Of a DNA stretch of 64,000 bases, positions 61,348-64,000 are shown in pieces. A program made the position numbers and the translations under genes. Under the pieces are notes generated by a model that saw only the letters and a list, made by a program, of their open reading frames with translations, had not been told where the DNA came from and did no database searches. How positions within the stretch are numbered: position 1 is the first letter of the stretch; every line of letters starts with the position of its first letter. Origin of the DNA: Octopus sinensis (taxonomy: Eukaryota); the NCBI RefSeq assembly GCF_006345805.1, contig NW_021833440.1, forward strand, positions 10,604 to 74,603. The letters are read 5' to 3'.

Positions 61348-62478
61348 TCAATAAAATAAATGTGTTTGTTGCTGGTCACACGATCCTCCGGTACTCCGAG
61401 TCCCTGCTTGGACGATGGAACAGATGTGTTTGATCCTGGAATCTGTCAATGCTGTAATGACTGTCCATTGACCATTTGACCGGTTGGCATGGTTAGTCTT
61501 TATCATTCGGGCATGCGAAACAATGCCTGATATACGAAAACCCTTTTGCTGATTGTACGTAAATACGGCTGAGCCGGAATGACCACTGCCAGCTCCGCAA
61601 ACTCTTGTAATGAGATTATGATTCATGAATAATCTTCCGGTTTCCCATGGACATGTGTTAATCGAGAACTTCAGTTCCTGTTTAAATGTAAACCCCATAT
61701 AATACATATCAAATGCCATAGTGTTCCTGTCCGGAGCCTTCAGTTTCATAAACTCTCTGCGTCCAGTTACTTCTACGGCCAATTCTAAAACAGCGTAATC
61801 GTTTACATATCGTTCAGTGTCCACCAAGTTGTCAACTAGTAACCAACCTTTTGGTACCGTAATGCGTTTGACATAGTGGATTCTTCGGCTTAATATCGTC
61901 TCTTGAATTATCACTTGTAGATTTGTGAAACTTGTTCTGCCATTGTGAACACAATGGGCGGCAGTTAGAACAAACTGTGCAGAAAGAAGTGTCCCAGAAC
62001 AACCGGAAGAAAGGATCACAACATTTTTACCAAAGTCCCTCAAAGGATATAACAACCTTGCAGAAATACAAGAATATCTTTTATGCTGGTTTCTCTTATC
62101 AGGGATTCTTTTATGCCAAGTGGAGCCATTCCGTTTTTTATGAATTGACAAAGGTGTTTCTTCCTTACGGAGAGATTTTCTGAAGTGAAAGTAACTTCTG
62201 ATGATACTTAAATAACTTTGGTAGGGTTGGTTGTTGATCAAAGGAAAATTACTATTCAGAGAAGAGATGGTAAAAAGAACTTTCGATACATCTACAAGAA
62301 GATTATTTTCAGAAGATAAGAGTTCATGACTCAGTTCGGAGATGATTGTTTCGTAATTGTTATCATAAAGATTTGTTGCTGACATAAAACCGATCAAAGT
62401 ACAGAGAAACATATAGAAATAGGTTCTTTCGGGAGTTAAGAGCATTCTTGACATAAATTTAACAAAGGGTGAAGTCAT
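61348..62478 (-). CDS. PRSS23-like: Serine protease 23/35-like (trypsin-fold, V8-like) protease, single coding exon, 376 aa
   Basis: Open frame. N-terminal hydrophobic segment YFYMFLCTLIGFMSA; GCSGTLL..FVLTAAHCV (His, 61951-61965); NDYAVLEL (Asp, 61792-61803); GSGHSGSAVF (Ser, 61573-61584). Orthology not tested. Confidence 0.85.
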   Translation of the reverse strand: MTSPFVKFMSRMLLTPERTYFYMFLCTLIGFMSATNLYDNNYETIISELSHELLSSENNLLVDVSKVLFTISSLNSNFPLINNQPYQSYLSIIRSYFHFRKSLRKEETPLSIHKKRNGSTWHKRIPDKRNQHKRYSCISARLLYPLRDFGKNVVILSSGCSGTLLSAQFVLTAAHCVHNGRTSFTNLQVIIQETILSRRIHYVKRITVPKGWLLVDNLVDTERYVNDYAVLELAVEVTGRREFMKLKAPDRNTMAFDMYYMGFTFKQELKFSINTCPWETGRLFMNHNLITRVCGAGSGHSGSAVFTYNQQKGFRISGIVSHARMIKTNHANRSNGQWTVITALTDSRIKHICSIVQAGTRSTGGSCDQQQTHLFY

Positions 62479-63191
62479 GACTTAAATAATGATTGCTTCA
62501 AACAAATAAACAGTTGCATAAAGAGGAACCATTGAGAAAACAGATATTTTTCGTTTTAGATTTTGTTATGAATATTTTTGTAGCTTTTCTGAGATTAAAT
62601 TATAATGAAATAATTATCGCGGAGCAATTGTATACGAATATCAAACGATATATCAAACGAATATCAATCCAGCGACTCACCTTCTCACCAAGCATTTAAA
62701 TTCCAACTCTAGAGATGACTGTAATATCTTTCCGGCAGCTGTTATGCTTCAATAATTAATGTCCAGTTAAAGCTTTTTGACAAACTCCTCATTGTTATTC
62801 TAGTTCCTTCCGTTCAATATTGATCCTCTAAAATATCTCTCGTTATTACACCGTAGGTAATCCAAGCAATTAAATCCATTCCTAATTAGAAAATTAAGCA
62901 CTGGTCACAGTTATTTTTTCTTTTGCAATTAAAAAAAAAATTATTTTTTCATCGTTTTCTTTCATTTTTTTCAACCAATAACCAATAATTTTGAAGACGA
63001 TGGTCGAAAGTAATGGCAAAGTATTGGCTCCGAATTCCAACAGAGAAGAGTTTTTCTCTTTCAGTGTCGTTTTAAACTGACAAGTTCTTTGACAAATGAA
63101 TGGAATAAAAATCGACAGAAGTCTGACAGTTAAAAAAAAAATTGCCTATTCTTTGTTCTTTTTTCTTAAACTAAAAAGAAAGAAAGAAGGA

Positions 63192-63231
<40 letters not shown>

Positions 63232-63802
63232 AGAAAGAAAGAAATAAAGAACGAAAGAAAGAAAGATGTGTGGGTGTTGTGTAGTTTTTTTGTATTTTTT
63301 TGTTTTGTATCTTATGAATTTCTTTTTGTTTAAACAGTTTTATCAAAAGTTTGATGTACGATCTCTACACACACATATATTTATATATAATGTAACGGTA
63401 GCACAACGGAGGCACAACGTAAGGTCGGTGCTAAAGCAACAACACAATTCATCTTTGCTTGTGACATTTATGAAGAAGATATCCAAAGAAATGATTGAAA
63501 TCATCGGATTGGTTTCAGCTGTTTGTGTGATGTCAAAATTTTCCCGCCCACATCACCGCGAAATATCTGCCCTTACCAACTAAATGATAATTGTTAATGG
63601 CGCAAACGAAATATATTCCAATGTAATAATCATAATCGGATATGTCGATTGGCCGAGAAATGCAGACGAGAGGTGATCGGCTGTTATAGAATGATGGGGG
63701 TTACTGTGAGTGCAGCAGAGATGTGTGTACGTGTGTCTCTATGTAAGTGAGTGCTTATGTATTGGAAGCGTAGGCGTGTGGGAGGACATGTGGAGACACT
63801 CA

Positions 63803-63836
<34 letters not shown>

Positions 63837-64000
63837 ACTCATGCGCACTCATAACACATGTGAAAACAAACGTATGTTCATGGAGAAACTATATTAAAAG
63901 TATTGAGTGCGTCGTCTATATATCTATATACCTTTATATTTGCTCATGTATCGCTCTCACACTTTCTGTACCCACATACACACACACACACACACACAAC

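Overview
AT-rich, repeat-saturated eukaryotic genomic DNA. A coleoid cephalopod, probably Octopus, is my inference from the SINE families and microsatellite load. There is one credible protein-coding gene: an intronless PRSS23/35-like serine protease on the minus strand (61348-62478) with an intact His/Asp/Ser triad. The rest is mobile DNA: at least six tRNA-headed SINE families, fragments of CR1, RTE, Tx1/L1 and R4/Dong-like (REL) LINEs, a decayed mariner, piggyBac-, pogo- and foldback-type MITEs, a Helentron-type HINE and a Helitron 3' end. The most striking layer is Penelope-like elements (PLEs): a near-full-length RT + GIY-YIG element (53603-57284), a Neptune-like GIY-YIG fragment and several pseudo-LTR remnants anchored in (TA)n tracts. 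In these I could fold six type I hammerhead ribozyme candidates by eye (two canonical, four variant or degenerate). Two rearrangement junctions fall at or within 8 nt of predicted ribozyme cleavage sites. Other notable patterns are SINE multimers sharing one junction at three loci, REL LINE ends tied to (CATA)n, and a foldback element whose arms contain tRNA-like sequence. No rRNA, bona fide tRNA gene or CRISPR array was seen. Most short ORFs in the supplied track are microsatellite or SINE translation artefacts. All alignments and folds were done by eye, TE boundaries are approximate, and family names come from recalled motifs rather than database searches.
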